From the NCBI GenBank assembly GCA_964234715.1, contig OZ174275.1: a stretch of 64,000 nt of DNA. One strand, 5' to 3'. A program made the translations under genes and the position numbers. Positions 46,801-57,200 of this stretch are shown in pieces. Within the stretch, counting starts at the first letter, position 1. Each line of letters begins with the position of its first letter. The notes beneath the pieces are model-generated. The model saw only the letters and a program-made list of their open reading frames with translations. It did not search any database and was not told the DNA's origin. Source of the stretch: Podarcis melisellensis. Taxonomy: Eukaryota.

Positions 46801-49800
46801 CAATCGGGACGCCATGATACAGTGTCCAGACTGGACAGCATTCTACTCACACAGGGTCTGATCCCCTCAGTAGAATCAACAAACATAGGTAACATTAAAA
46901 TCACAGATCACGCCCCAGTAGAAGTCATTGTTAAAATAGGAGAAGGAACACAAACCACCCCTTCATGGTCCTTCAGTCCCATCCTAACTACAAACAAACA
47001 AATTAGAGAGAGTCTCACAAAAACCCTCCAAAACTACTTCAAGGAAAACGATGTAAACAATATAACAACCCCCCTCCTATGGGACGCAATGAAAGCGGTC
47101 ACCAGAGGAGCTTGCATAAAAGAGAAAACATTCCTTAAAAAACAAACCTCCTCAAAAATTAGCAAAATAGAACAAGACATCACAGCCCTCTCATCACGCT
47201 ATAAACAAACAGGATCTAAAAAACTCCTCAAACTTATAGAACAAAAAAGGAGAGAACTAGACTCCCTAGAAATTAACAAAACAATGATCAACATTCTATA
47301 CTCTAAACAACGTTTCTATGAATATGGAGGGAAAAACTCCAGATTACTAGCAAATAGATGTAGGAAAAAAGCACTCAAAACAAGAATACACTGCATCACC
47401 AAAAAAGACGGCAACATAACATTCTCCCCCAAAGAAATAACCTCAGAATTTGCAGAATTCTACTCCAACCTATACACCTCCCATAACCCACCAGAGAAGG
47501 AAATCAGAACATTCCTAGCAGGACTGACCATGCCTACCCTAACTGATGAGGAACAGGAATTCATGGACAGCCCTATCACCCCAGAGGAAATAGATGCGGT
47601 CCTCAAAAACCTGAAACCACACAAAGCCCCAGGCCCAGATGGCTTCACAGCAGAATTCTATAGGAAATTCAAAGAACCCTTGATGCCCTACATGACCCGC
47701 CTATTCAACGACATCATAAAAGGGGGCCCCATCCCCAAAACCTGGACCCACTCCAAAATAGTCTCCATCCCCAAACCACTAAAAGATAGCCTCAAAGTAG
47801 AATCATACCGCCCAATCTCATTAATAAACCAAGACTACAAGATATTCACATCAATCTTGGCCAACCGCCTAAAAACCTTCCTACACAAATTAATAGCCCC
47901 AGACCAGACTGGCTTTGTCCCTGGCCGCAATATAACAGACCCCATCAGGAAACTACTGAACCTGATCGAACACAGCAAGGCAACCAAACTCCCATTGACA
48001 ATTATGTCCCTAGACATCCTCAAAGCCTTTGACTGCTTGGAGTGGAAATACATATTAGCAGTACTAACTAACATGAAATTTGGCCCCAACTTCCTACAAA
48101 TCCTCAAACAAATATACTCCCAAGCCTCAGCAAAATGCAGAACTAATAATATGGATTCTAATACTATAGCTATCCAAAGAGGCACGAAACAAGGATGCCC
48201 ACTGTCTCCCTTCTTATTTATCCTGGCTCTGGAACCCTTAGCAATCCGCATCCGAGCAGCCACAGACATCAAGGGAGTGGAAATAAAAGGCAGAACCTAT
48301 AAATTAGGGCTCTTTGCAGATGACCTAATGGTCACAACACCAGACCCCATAAGCACAGCAACCTCCCTAATCAGAGAACTCAACACATTTGCAATGGTGT
48401 CGGGCCTACAGGTAAATTTTACAAAGTCAGAAGCTATGTGCTTTAACACCCCTCCTCACACCCAAAAAGAACTCACGAAGGTCACCAAAATAAAACTTTG
48501 CCACACCAAGTTCAGATACCTAGGGGTACAAATAACCAGAAACCTCAATAAATTGTACCTCCACAACTACAAGCCCCTGTGGCGACAAATTAACAAAGAC
48601 CTAAAGAGATGGAATAACATGAATTTCACTCTCTCAGACAAAATAGCCATAATCAAAATGATCACACTCCCAAAACTAACCTACCTATTCCAAACCCTCC
48701 CAATCTGGATCCCCTCAACCCAACTCTGCAGTTGGCAGAGAAAACTACACTCTTTCATCTTCTCACATAAAAAACCAAGAATAAGCTCCAAATGCCTGCA
48801 CCTCCCCACCTCAGAAGGAGGATGGGGAATCCCCAACATAGAAGCATATTACAATGCCAACCAAATACGCCATATAATCCCATATATACTAGAAGATGAG
48901 ACAAAACAATGGGTACACCTAGAGAGGGACACAATTGAAAACACCTGCACCACAACATACCCACTCCTCCCAAACAAACTAAAGAAAATTCCCACAACGC
49001 TTAACAGGTACACACAGACCATGCTCAAAGCATGGAAAACACAAATAGGCAAACTATCCCCAAGCCCATCCCCACTAATCCCCCTGGCGCACCACCCATT
49101 ATTCTACCATGCAGCACAAAACCTCCAGACAAAAACCTGGCGAACCAAAGGCTTATATCGCCTAATAGACTTTTATAAAAATAACAAACCCTTGTCAACA
49201 CAAGAAATACAAGACAAACTAGAAGACACCCAAATGACCTGGTTAACACAACACCAACTACATGCCCTCTTAAACAACCCAACAGTAAAATCAGCAGCAA
49301 CTAGGCCCCTGACAACCTTCGAAAACCTCCTCCTAACAACAAAGGGAAACGGTAAAGGGACGGTATCCGCAATATACAAAATACTACTCCAAAATCCCGC
49401 AAATCCCCTAGACGCAATCAAAAAACAATGGGAGAATGACATAGGCTATGAGATTAACCCCACTCAATGGACCAGAATGTGGTCTAAACCCCCCTTTAAA
49501 TCCATATCAATGAAAAGAAAAGAACTCACACTGAAACTCACCTACAGGTGGTACCTAACACCAAGGAAACTAGCGCTAATACACCCAGGAACCTCACCAA
49601 AATGCTGGAGAGGGTGCACCTCCACAGGCACATACCTCCACATGTGGTGGGAGTGTCCCAAAATTCAACTATTCTGGACAACAGCCATACAAGAAATATG
49701 TAAAATAACTAAGCAAGTAATAGACATCACCCCAGAATTGGCCCTACTAAACATCTTCCAAGACAACAATGCCCATTTACACCACAAAGAACTCATAACC

Positions 49801-52800
49801 CACCTGCTCTCAGCAGCCAGAAACATCATAACCAGACACTGGAGAGACCTGTCAGGAGTAAGCATGGACCAATGGTTCCAAATAGTATGGGAAACAGCCC
49901 TACTAGAAAAATTAACTAATAAACTGAAACTGACACGGGGACAAACAGAAGAAGACGCCTTCACCCCGGTATGGCTCCCCTTTATCACATACACAGCCCA
50001 ACAGGACAATGACAATAATCCACCAACAGCATACAAATCAATATGGCTAACCTGATCCAAAACACCCACCCACCTCACTCACACACGAAAACAAAGATCA
50101 CCACAGCCAATCACAAGCAAACAATCACACCCTAGGCCAACCCCAACCTCTCTCACCACCAAAGAAACACAAGTGAACAACGCAAGCACGCTGACACCAA
50201 ACTCTACATACATTAAGCATAATAGAAACACCGCCACCCGACCCCACTCCCATCCATCTTCCCTCTCTCCACCCCCTTTCTTTTTTCTTTCTTTTTTCTT
50301 CTCCCCCTAATGCCTCAACAAATGAAACAGATTTGTAAAAACGCTACGTGGAAGAAGAAGAAAAAAAAATACGAGGCACTACACTTCTGTAAAACAAGAA
50401 AATCCTTAATAAAAAATATTTTAAAAAAAAATAAGCAGAGAGTTCTAAAAGTAGATGCCCCAAAACATGAGTTCAGTTATATGTACACCTCCCACCTAAT
50501 GGTTTCTGAGGACATTGAGCAAGTGGCAAGGATATGGTACACTTCCTGGAGGCTAAGTTCAGGTAATTAACAAATAACTAGTTAGCCTTAATCAACTGAA
50601 CATGCACATGGAAGCAGAGGCAGAGGGTGCATGACTGAGTTTTTCTCTTTTCACACTTTTGAGGTCTGTGCAAAGGGGGAACCCACCAGGAAATACTAAT
50701 GTTCCTGTTGAGAGTATAGTTTACCCATCTCCCTGCAAAGAATATATATGAACCCTTTGCACAAGACTCTAGAAACAAAATAAAATGTCCTTGCTTGCAT
50801 GGACTTCAGAATTACATTACCACCCACAGGCACAGTATATATGTTGCAGTACCAGGCACCTGCATCCGCCGAAATGGCTTGATTCTCATGCTGCAAATAT
50901 GATCCCAAGCACCAAAACCTAGAAAAGAAAGAGAACGTTAAAGGAATTGTTCTGACACTCTGCAAACTTTTAATGGGGAACCCTCAGGACCAATTCAAAT
51001 TCCCTCACTATTTCCATCTGGTTTCTTTCTACTCTCCCTTATTTGCTTGTGGTTTGACTGTGGCCCAACTGTCTAGTTGGGATGTGGAGGGTTGTAAGAA
51101 ACAAAAGCAGTGAATCCCCAAGGATGGTGAAAGCAAGGACACTGTTATGGAAGCTTCAGGGCAAACCTTGGAGTAGCAATGAGTAACCTGTATTCCTCCA
51201 AATGCTTAGTTGTCTGTATAAACTATTTTAGGGAGATAAATAAGAAAAAGCACCCGTCATTTCACAGATGAGCAGATTTGCAGTTATGAAGAGGAAAGTT
51301 CTAAGATGTTTGTTAGAAGCTGACTAAAGGAATGGTGCACCATTTAATTATACTCGACAATTTCTAAGAAAATAGCCCCAATGCACAGAGCCAAGCAATT
51401 ATGAACAGAAACAGTGACGTAATCTGGACATGGCCCAATAAGCAACTAACTAGGAAATCATAACACAAAGAAAATCCTGCTGAATCAGACCAAATGCTCA
51501 TTTTGTCCAGAATTTTGTTCACAAAGTGGCCACAAGGACATGTGCATAATAGTACCCTCTTGTTTATGTTTTTTCAGCAACTGGTATTCAGACTTGTATA
51601 GCCTGATATTGATGGGAATACATGACTAAGATAAAGGTAAAGGATCCCTGGACAGTTAGGTCCAGTCAAACAGATCTTGATAGCCTTAACTTCCATGAAT
51701 TTGTCTAATTCCCTTTTAGAGTTGCCCAGCTTTTAAGCTGCCCTTTTAAAGCAGCTATCACTACATATTGTAGTAAGAAACTCCAGAATTTCACATCAAC
51801 AGTCTATTTTATTAGACGCTAGCTACAACACTAGAGGATTACTGAGGCCAGAAATATGACAGGCTGGTAACCATTTTTGACCTCCAAACAAAGAGCTCAT
51901 GTGTGAACCTGAAAATTAATTTCAACAAGTGACCGTTACAAGTGCATTCTACTCCAGGTGACTCAAGCCAGTTCTACAATGTATGGGGTTTATTTTCCCC
52001 ATCTATCCCAAGCCAGTATCCTATGCGGCACACAGGGTTTTATAGACTCACATCTGTAGTTTCATATTCCAACATCAAAACACCATGCACGCATAGCTGG
52101 CAACCAAATAACGGGCGAATGCTATACTTACTACTGAGAAGTGTGGCTGAACCAGGGGTGATAGCACTGACTCTATTACTGTAAGTCTTGGGCAACTGGT
52201 TAGACACTTTCTTTGGACGGGCTTCAAGTAGCAGAATTTTCTTATCAGACAGATGAACATCATGCCCTTATTAAAAGAAAAAGCCAGATGTTTAATAACA
52301 TTTTAACCAAGATTAATCAATAATTTAACATTCTGCAACAGGAGTTTACAAGAGATCTATTTTACATCTTCCCCTGAACATGCAGAATTGTTTAGCACTC
52401 TTTAACTCCAAAAAGTGAAAGCTAACAGTTCTAGCTTTTCTCTTTTAGAGCCTAAATAAACTGTTGATTTAAAAAATAGCTACTAAAAGCTTTTGAGATG
52501 ACTTGAATCTTGTGGCACTTTAAAAACAAAAATTAAATTATAGTATAGATTTTTGTAGAATACAGTCCACCTCATCCAATACATGATGTGTTATCCTGAG
52601 TTTCTGATATCTAAACACATGGTTGCAGCAGAGGGAGGAAGGGGTTGTAAGCAGTGAAGTCAAAGTAAAATTAAATGCAGAAATATGTCAGTGTACATAT
52701 GAATAAATATTCACAAAAACAACTATGGGCAGCACTTGAAACGGACTCTGATGAAATGGACACTAGTTCTTTCAAGCTTATGGCATAATCGAAGTGTTAG

Positions 52801-53497
52801 TTTTCAGAGTGCCACAAAACTCCTTGTTGTTTTTACTGAATAAGCTAACACTGTTAACAACAAACTCCACCTGATCAGAAGAATACAAGTTAATGCATTC
52901 TTCAATATTTGGACGCAGCCAGAATATTCCATGCACCAATAATCGTGGAATATTGTTACAGTTAAAGCCCTTAAGAGAGCTGTTCCTCCAGTCTATTCAG
53001 GTGCTGCCACTGGCATGCACTGAATGTTGGCGAAATACATGATTGGTATGAAACTCCTCAACACGACATGAGATTTCAGTCCATATCGCGAAGATTCGCC
53101 GCTTAAATGCTGTACTTGAAGAAAACAATAACAATGTATATACATCAGCACAGCTGTAAACACTGTAGCCCACAACGCGTTTATTGCCTAAATTAAATCG
53201 GGAGGGCCAATGCTTCCCTATATACCACCAACGAGCCCGAGGAGAGGAACTTGCAGGGATTAAAATTACGAATATGACCTGTGCAAGGGGGGTCTCTAGC
53301 CTGGTGATCTGCCTCCTACCCAGTGCAGCAGCCATGGCGGTCCCGACCATGCCGCCACCCGATACCACCACGTCGTATACCGCCGTCGAGCCACTGGGTC
53401 TCACGAGGGAACGGGCAAGGCCGCTCCGGAGACAGAGGCCCTTCCCGAAAAGGGGCGCAACGCCCCGGCACAGTGACAGACCCACCACGGCCGCCAT
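36890..53497 (-). CDS. COQ6: Ubiquinone biosynthesis monooxygenase COQ6, ~473 aa, 12 exons
   Basis: Exons (minus): 53497-53320, 52266-52132, 50918-50860, 42791-42668, 42311-42181, 41802-41695, 41587-41525, 41294-41187, 40076-39874, 39478-39363, 38168-38002, 36919-36890; 1422 nt in frame, all GT-AG. Mitochondrial-type leader; motifs [36 protein letters not shown]; ends EQIMAFASK*. Confidence 0.97.
38250..38605 (-). mobile_element. Tc1/mariner (Tigger/pogo-like) MITE
   Basis: TIRs CAGTGGTGCCTCGCAAGACGAA / TTCGTCTTGCGGGGCACCACTG flanked by TA; same family as 57802-58141 and 61069-61321. Confidence 0.85.
40852..40905 (+). repeat. (GAAA)n microsatellite
   Basis: About 13 tandem GAAA units. Confidence 0.95.
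44390..45409 (+). CDS. L1 ORF1p (coiled coil + RRM + CTD)
   Basis: Heptad region followed by L1 ORF1 motifs [45 protein letters not shown]. The true start may be the in-frame ATG at 44219 (see findings). Confidence 0.9.
   Translation: MTPTREMANNAKMATPLQDDDHPITKRDLREMEARLEETLKATMAPMQVLINNLTSKVEALENKNQMQEKIIEQYREENARVNKKLDELVNQMEAEHREMKIKQADLEDRNRRCNIRFRNFPEKTEEKSPADLIIRWLKNTIPSLKLEADDLERAHRALKPMPKPSAPPRDIIVCFTRYKKKEEIWHHLRNSSNLRYGETPILALQDLSQDTLNWRKSLRPCTQRLQQAGIKYRWGFPFRLIATTNTTQHMATNIPEALQLLKNLELDLPPEWQPTNPPNDSPNQEETTANNWTTVQRKKNQQRRQNNANQYRQASCSEPSRRPYDTRNQTKINQTNSS
46192..50055 (+). CDS. L1 ORF2p (APE endonuclease + reverse transcriptase + CCHC domain), intact 1287 aa
   Basis: EN: TLNVRGL, FLQE, IYAPN, GGDLN, SRLD, TDHAPV. 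RT: [50 protein letters not shown]: CWRGC..HMWWEC. Confidence 0.97.
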   Translation: MASLKAITLNVRGLGNPIKRKRITSYINTMKPHITFLQEIHNPPKGSKLLSDPRFNQQWVAQGSGKARGVAIILSRDLNFTATTVLKDKKGRFIFAKGTLDGKIKLTIGSIYAPNTKQLEFFQKILNKFLSFSEGEAILGGDLNLNMKGLSLKDIHPTTPWATFLRRKPPTTRNSYKLLKMLKNRGLYDIWGEQNPGDISHTFQSGRHDTVSRLDSILLTQGLIPSVESTNIGNIKITDHAPVEVIVKIGEGTQTTPSWSFSPILTTNKQIRESLTKTLQNYFKENDVNNITTPLLWDAMKAVTRGACIKEKTFLKKQTSSKISKIEQDITALSSRYKQTGSKKLLKLIEQKRRELDSLEINKTMINILYSKQRFYEYGGKNSRLLANRCRKKALKTRIHCITKKDGNITFSPKEITSEFAEFYSNLYTSHNPPEKEIRTFLAGLTMPTLTDEEQEFMDSPITPEEIDAVLKNLKPHKAPGPDGFTAEFYRKFKEPLMPYMTRLFNDIIKGGPIPKTWTHSKIVSIPKPLKDSLKVESYRPISLINQDYKIFTSILANRLKTFLHKLIAPDQTGFVPGRNITDPIRKLLNLIEHSKATKLPLTIMSLDILKAFDCLEWKYILAVLTNMKFGPNFLQILKQIYSQASAKCRTNNMDSNTIAIQRGTKQGCPLSPFLFILALEPLAIRIRAATDIKGVEIKGRTYKLGLFADDLMVTTPDPISTATSLIRELNTFAMVSGLQVNFTKSEAMCFNTPPHTQKELTKVTKIKLCHTKFRYLGVQITRNLNKLYLHNYKPLWRQINKDLKRWNNMNFTLSDKIAIIKMITLPKLTYLFQTLPIWIPSTQLCSWQRKLHSFIFSHKKPRISSKCLHLPTSEGGWGIPNIEAYYNANQIRHIIPYILEDETKQWVHLERDTIENTCTTTYPLLPNKLKKIPTTLNRYTQTMLKAWKTQIGKLSPSPSPLIPLAHHPLFYHAAQNLQTKTWRTKGLYRLIDFYKNNKPLSTQEIQDKLEDTQMTWLTQHQLHALLNNPTVKSAATRPLTTFENLLLTTKGNGKGTVSAIYKILLQNPANPLDAIKKQWENDIGYEINPTQWTRMWSKPPFKSISMKRKELTLKLTYRWYLTPRKLALIHPGTSPKCWRGCTSTGTYLHMWWECPKIQLFWTTAIQEICKITKQVIDITPELALLNIFQDNNAHLHHKELITHLLSAARNIITRHWRDLSGVSMDQWFQIVWETALLEKLTNKLKLTRGQTEEDAFTPVWLPFITYTAQQDNDNNPPTAYKSIWLT
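52505..52851. mobile_element. Old Penelope-like remnant with inverted pLTRs and decayed hammerhead cores
   Basis: Left arm tcttgtggcactttaaa..gtccacctcatcc (minus); right arm CTGATGAAATGGAC-ACTA-GTTC..CAAGCTTA..gtgttag..gtgccacaaaactc (plus). Same family as 19731-19811. Confidence 0.5.
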
Positions 53498-54010
53498 TTT
53501 GTGGGGGGAAGTGACGCTCACGTCACTCTCGCGCACCTTGCATTAACCTCAGCAGCACCTTGGCAACCGAGAGCGGCCAACAGAACCGGACCAATGAGAG
53601 CCGAGAATTCTACCGGGTTGGGCGGGAGCTACGGAAAACAGACCGCGGTCATTGGCCAATGTGCGAGGAGCGACACAAAAAAGGAGGGTGCCTATTGGCT
53701 AGAGCTACAAGCGGGCACGGCGAGCTGGTAGCTGCGGAGCGCTGCGGGCGGCGCAGCAGGTGCGAGGGGGCGATGACAGTGTCGGAACCTCAGGGGGCCG
53801 CGGGCGGGGCCGAAGCGGTGCTCCCGAAGGAAGAGATTCGACGGGTATGCGGGGCGGTTGTAAGCGGTCTGTTACCATGGCAACAGGTGGCGGTTGTTTG
53901 TTGCCATGGCTGCTCCTCGACGGCTTCACCTGAGCGGGAAATGGGGGTCGGGTATGATGGGGATGGAAGTGCGAGGGCATCCCTGGAGGAAACCGGTGGG
54001 GAGCGGGCCA
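53320..54010. promoter_or_regulatory. CpG island / bidirectional promoter of COQ6 (-) and FAM161B (+)
   Basis: ATGs only 275 nt apart (53497, 53773); several CCAAT/ATTGG boxes (53591, 53651-53661, 53694); YY1 motif AAAATGGCGGC over the COQ6 ATG. Confidence 0.85.
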
Positions 54011-54236
54011 GACTTGTAACAGCAACAGTCACCACAAATAGCAAATAACAATTTTTTTTAAAAAAATTATTATTTTACAAGGAATAACCTCTCTCGTGCA
54101 ACGGCGGGATCCCATTGCATGTGAACCCAAAGTTCAAGGGTTTTTTTTTACTCCCAGGTTAACTGAGCACAGGCTTGTTGGGGGGGGAATGCTGGTTTAA
54201 TAATTACTATTATTATTATTATTACTATTACTATCA

Positions 54237-54267
<31 letters not shown>

Positions 54268-57200
54268 TATTTGTACCCCAGCCACTCTGGGCAGCTTCCA
54301 ACAAGACCAAAAATACACTAAAATGTTACACATTAAAAACTTCCCTGAACAGATGTCTTCTGAATGTCAGGTAGTTGTTTATCTCTTTGACATTTGACGG
54401 GAGGGCGTTCCACAGAGCGGGCGCCACTACCAAGAAGGCCCTCTGCCTGGTTCCCTGTAGTTTTGCTTCTCGCAATGAGGGAACCACCAGAAGGCCCTCA
54501 GTGCTGGACCTCAGCGTCCGGGCAGAACGATGGGGCTGGAGACGCTCCTTCAGGTATACAAAGTGCAAAGTGGTATACAGTATTTCGAATGGAAATGCAT
54601 TTTCAAAATAGTTTTTTCTTTTGTGTTTGAAACCTTTGTTTTGTTGTTCTGATTTGCCTAGGTGTTTCCAATTAAAGCACAGTCTCCAGACTTGCAACTG
54701 GGTAGTAATATTTCTCTGCCCGATGACGGTGAGCTGCTAGATTTCCTCCAGTCAGAGGAACAAATAGTAGGTGCCTCGAGTTCAGGAGAGGATTTTTACG
54801 ACTCGCTTCAGGCCCTCAAAAGGAAAAACAGACAATGTTTGTTAGAACTAGGTCTGATGTACCAGGTACAGTTGGAAAACCACCAGGAACCACCAGAGAA
54901 CAAGGAGCTGGAAGACTTTTTCCAGGAAAATGGAAGATTGACATTGCCATCAAAGTTCCATGAAGCTTTGAGGTGAGATGCAAGAGAATCTATTGAAATC
55001 CATACATTGATTCTCCTACACAGGCATAGAGTTTTTACAGTAGTCTTGTGTGCTCCTGTTGGACAACTGATCAAATATAATAATGAAACAGATCTTAGAA
55101 TATCATTATTCCTAAACTATCTCCTTTCATTTATTCAGAGTTCTCAAATATAACCTTTCTTCTGATTTATTTGCCAATGATAACATTTTTTTACCATATC
55201 CTCAGATCTGGCAACCTAAGAAGGTTCAATTCATTGACTAACATCACTGCTGATAACCCAAAAGATGAGCAAAATCATCATTCGTTTCTTCAGTCCTTTT
55301 CAAGATCAAAGAGTGCTTCAGCTACATGGATCTCCCCTATTACTGTCCCTCAACCCTTCAATATGACACTTCGAGAAGCTTGCAGAAAATTGAAGTCCCA
55401 TGCATTGTTTGAAATTGAATCAGCTGAATACAAAAGACAAAGCCTAGAAGAAGCTGAATGCCAGAAACAGTTCAGAGCACAACCTGTGCCTGCTCACATC
55501 TATCTGCCACTCTACCAAGAAATAATGGAAAAGAATGAAATTCGCAGACAAGTGGAAACACAAAAGAGAAGAGAACTACTCCTTTCAATGCAAAAACCCT
55601 TCAGTTTTCAGGAAAAAGAAGAAAAACGAAAGGACATCATCAGACAGAAGATGCTAGAAGTTTTGACTCCAGTTGAGAAATCAGTACCAAAAGTTAGGAA
55701 GAAGATCCCCAAGTCCACCTATGAACCAAGGTTTGGGGATAAATTCAAAGGTAAAACAGCTTTTAATGCACTGTCAATAATACCTAATGGTGGTATGAAG
55801 GTATCTTCTTCATCTGCTATAGGAGACATTCCAGTTAGTAGATTCATTGTCTGTCATACCAGTACAAAAGAAATAAAAGAAAATAGGCCTTTTATCCTGC
55901 CATACCACAAAACACATTTCTTATCTCAGAGTGAGTAGGGCCAATCTGTGGAATTAGTAAAAACAGGACTCAGGGAAGGTGATCAACAATCACATAAAAA
56001 TTAGGAGGAAACTTCTCTGATGCCACAGATTTGCAATGGTTGATGAATTGGGCATCCTCAGGGCCTTGGCCTCTGCCCCACCTCATAAACCTCTGGAGCT
56101 GATTAGCCTGAAAAACAGTGATGGCTAGGAACTGTATCCTACTCTTTAAGGATGCCAACCTGTACCATCCCTTTGGTTGAATTCTTCTTAATAGTAAAAT
56201 GTATCCAGAAATGAATTGCTCCTCTTGGCTTGTTCCTGAAGCAGGGCTATGCAAATGTCATTTTATTATTATTATTTTTATATTAAATTTCTATACACTC
56301 CTTGATCTGAGGATCACTGGGCAGTTTACAATATAAAAACACATAACACAGTAGCATACAGAAACTATGCCCCCCCCACTGTTTAAAAGGCAATGGATTG
56401 TTTAATTAGCCAAAGGTCTGGGAGACTTCATGTTGATCATTTTCCTTTCTAGAATACACAAGTTTTTGAAAAAGAATAGAAAAAGAAATAGAAATATAAA
56501 AAGAATGAGATTATTAAGTTGTGCTGTATTATATATCCCATAACTAGTTTTTTATTTGGAAAAGATACATGTTAGGCGGTTTCAAATGTTCTGGATTTTC
56601 AGTTATTGCTTTTGCTTTAACGCTTGGCTCAACCATTAGCCTCTCTTGTTATTAGTGCCATTAACACTTTTCTTCTGTTGCATTAGCCAGATTTACATAC
56701 CCTCTCCCAGCCCAGTCATTACTGTTCATCACTGTTGCTTTTACTCCCCAGAAGCTGAACTCTTACGAAAAATCCGTATTCAGATGAGAGCCAAGGATTT
56801 ATTGGAAAGTTCCTGGGCTCCTATTGAGCTTGGCAAGAGAAAAAAAGGATCCCAAATTACCTCTATAAACAGGGAGAAAAAACTGAGCTTTCTGCAGGAT
56901 AACTTCAGTTTTAAACCAAGAATCAATTCATCTGTGCCTGACTTTGAAGGACTTTACTGGGCATTCCAGAGAGAAGCTTTAAGCAAACGAGAAATCAAAG
57001 AAACGACTCATAATAAACCATTCAGACTTAGAACATCTAATCTCTGTTGCAAACATCAAGTGCCTAATCCGGGGATGATGGTAAGAGGGATTGCTTTTAT
57101 CTTTGTACTGCTTTGTATTCCTTTACATACAAATCACTCATGAGTGCAAAACACCAAATATACTTTACCATCCGTTTAACTCAGTGTTGAGATAGTTTTA

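Larger units (their letters stand above)
43283..50429 (+). mobile_element. Near/full-length L1 retrotransposon (~7.15 kb), antisense in COQ6 intron 3
   Basis: Perfect 16-bp TSD AATAAGCAGAGAGTTC (43267-43282, 50430-50445); ORF1, ~780-bp spacer, ORF2, 3'UTR with AATAAA 50408-50413 and short A tail; A/C-rich sense strand. Confidence 0.95.

Noticed and set aside
44440-50078. Several antisense ORFs across the L1
   Set aside because: Shadow frames of the ORF1/ORF2 coding sequence.
53560-54048. 162-aa ORF across the COQ6/FAM161B promoter
   Set aside because: Only 53773-53844 matches the FAM161B N-terminus and ends at a donor; the upstream start is non-ATG promoter sequence.
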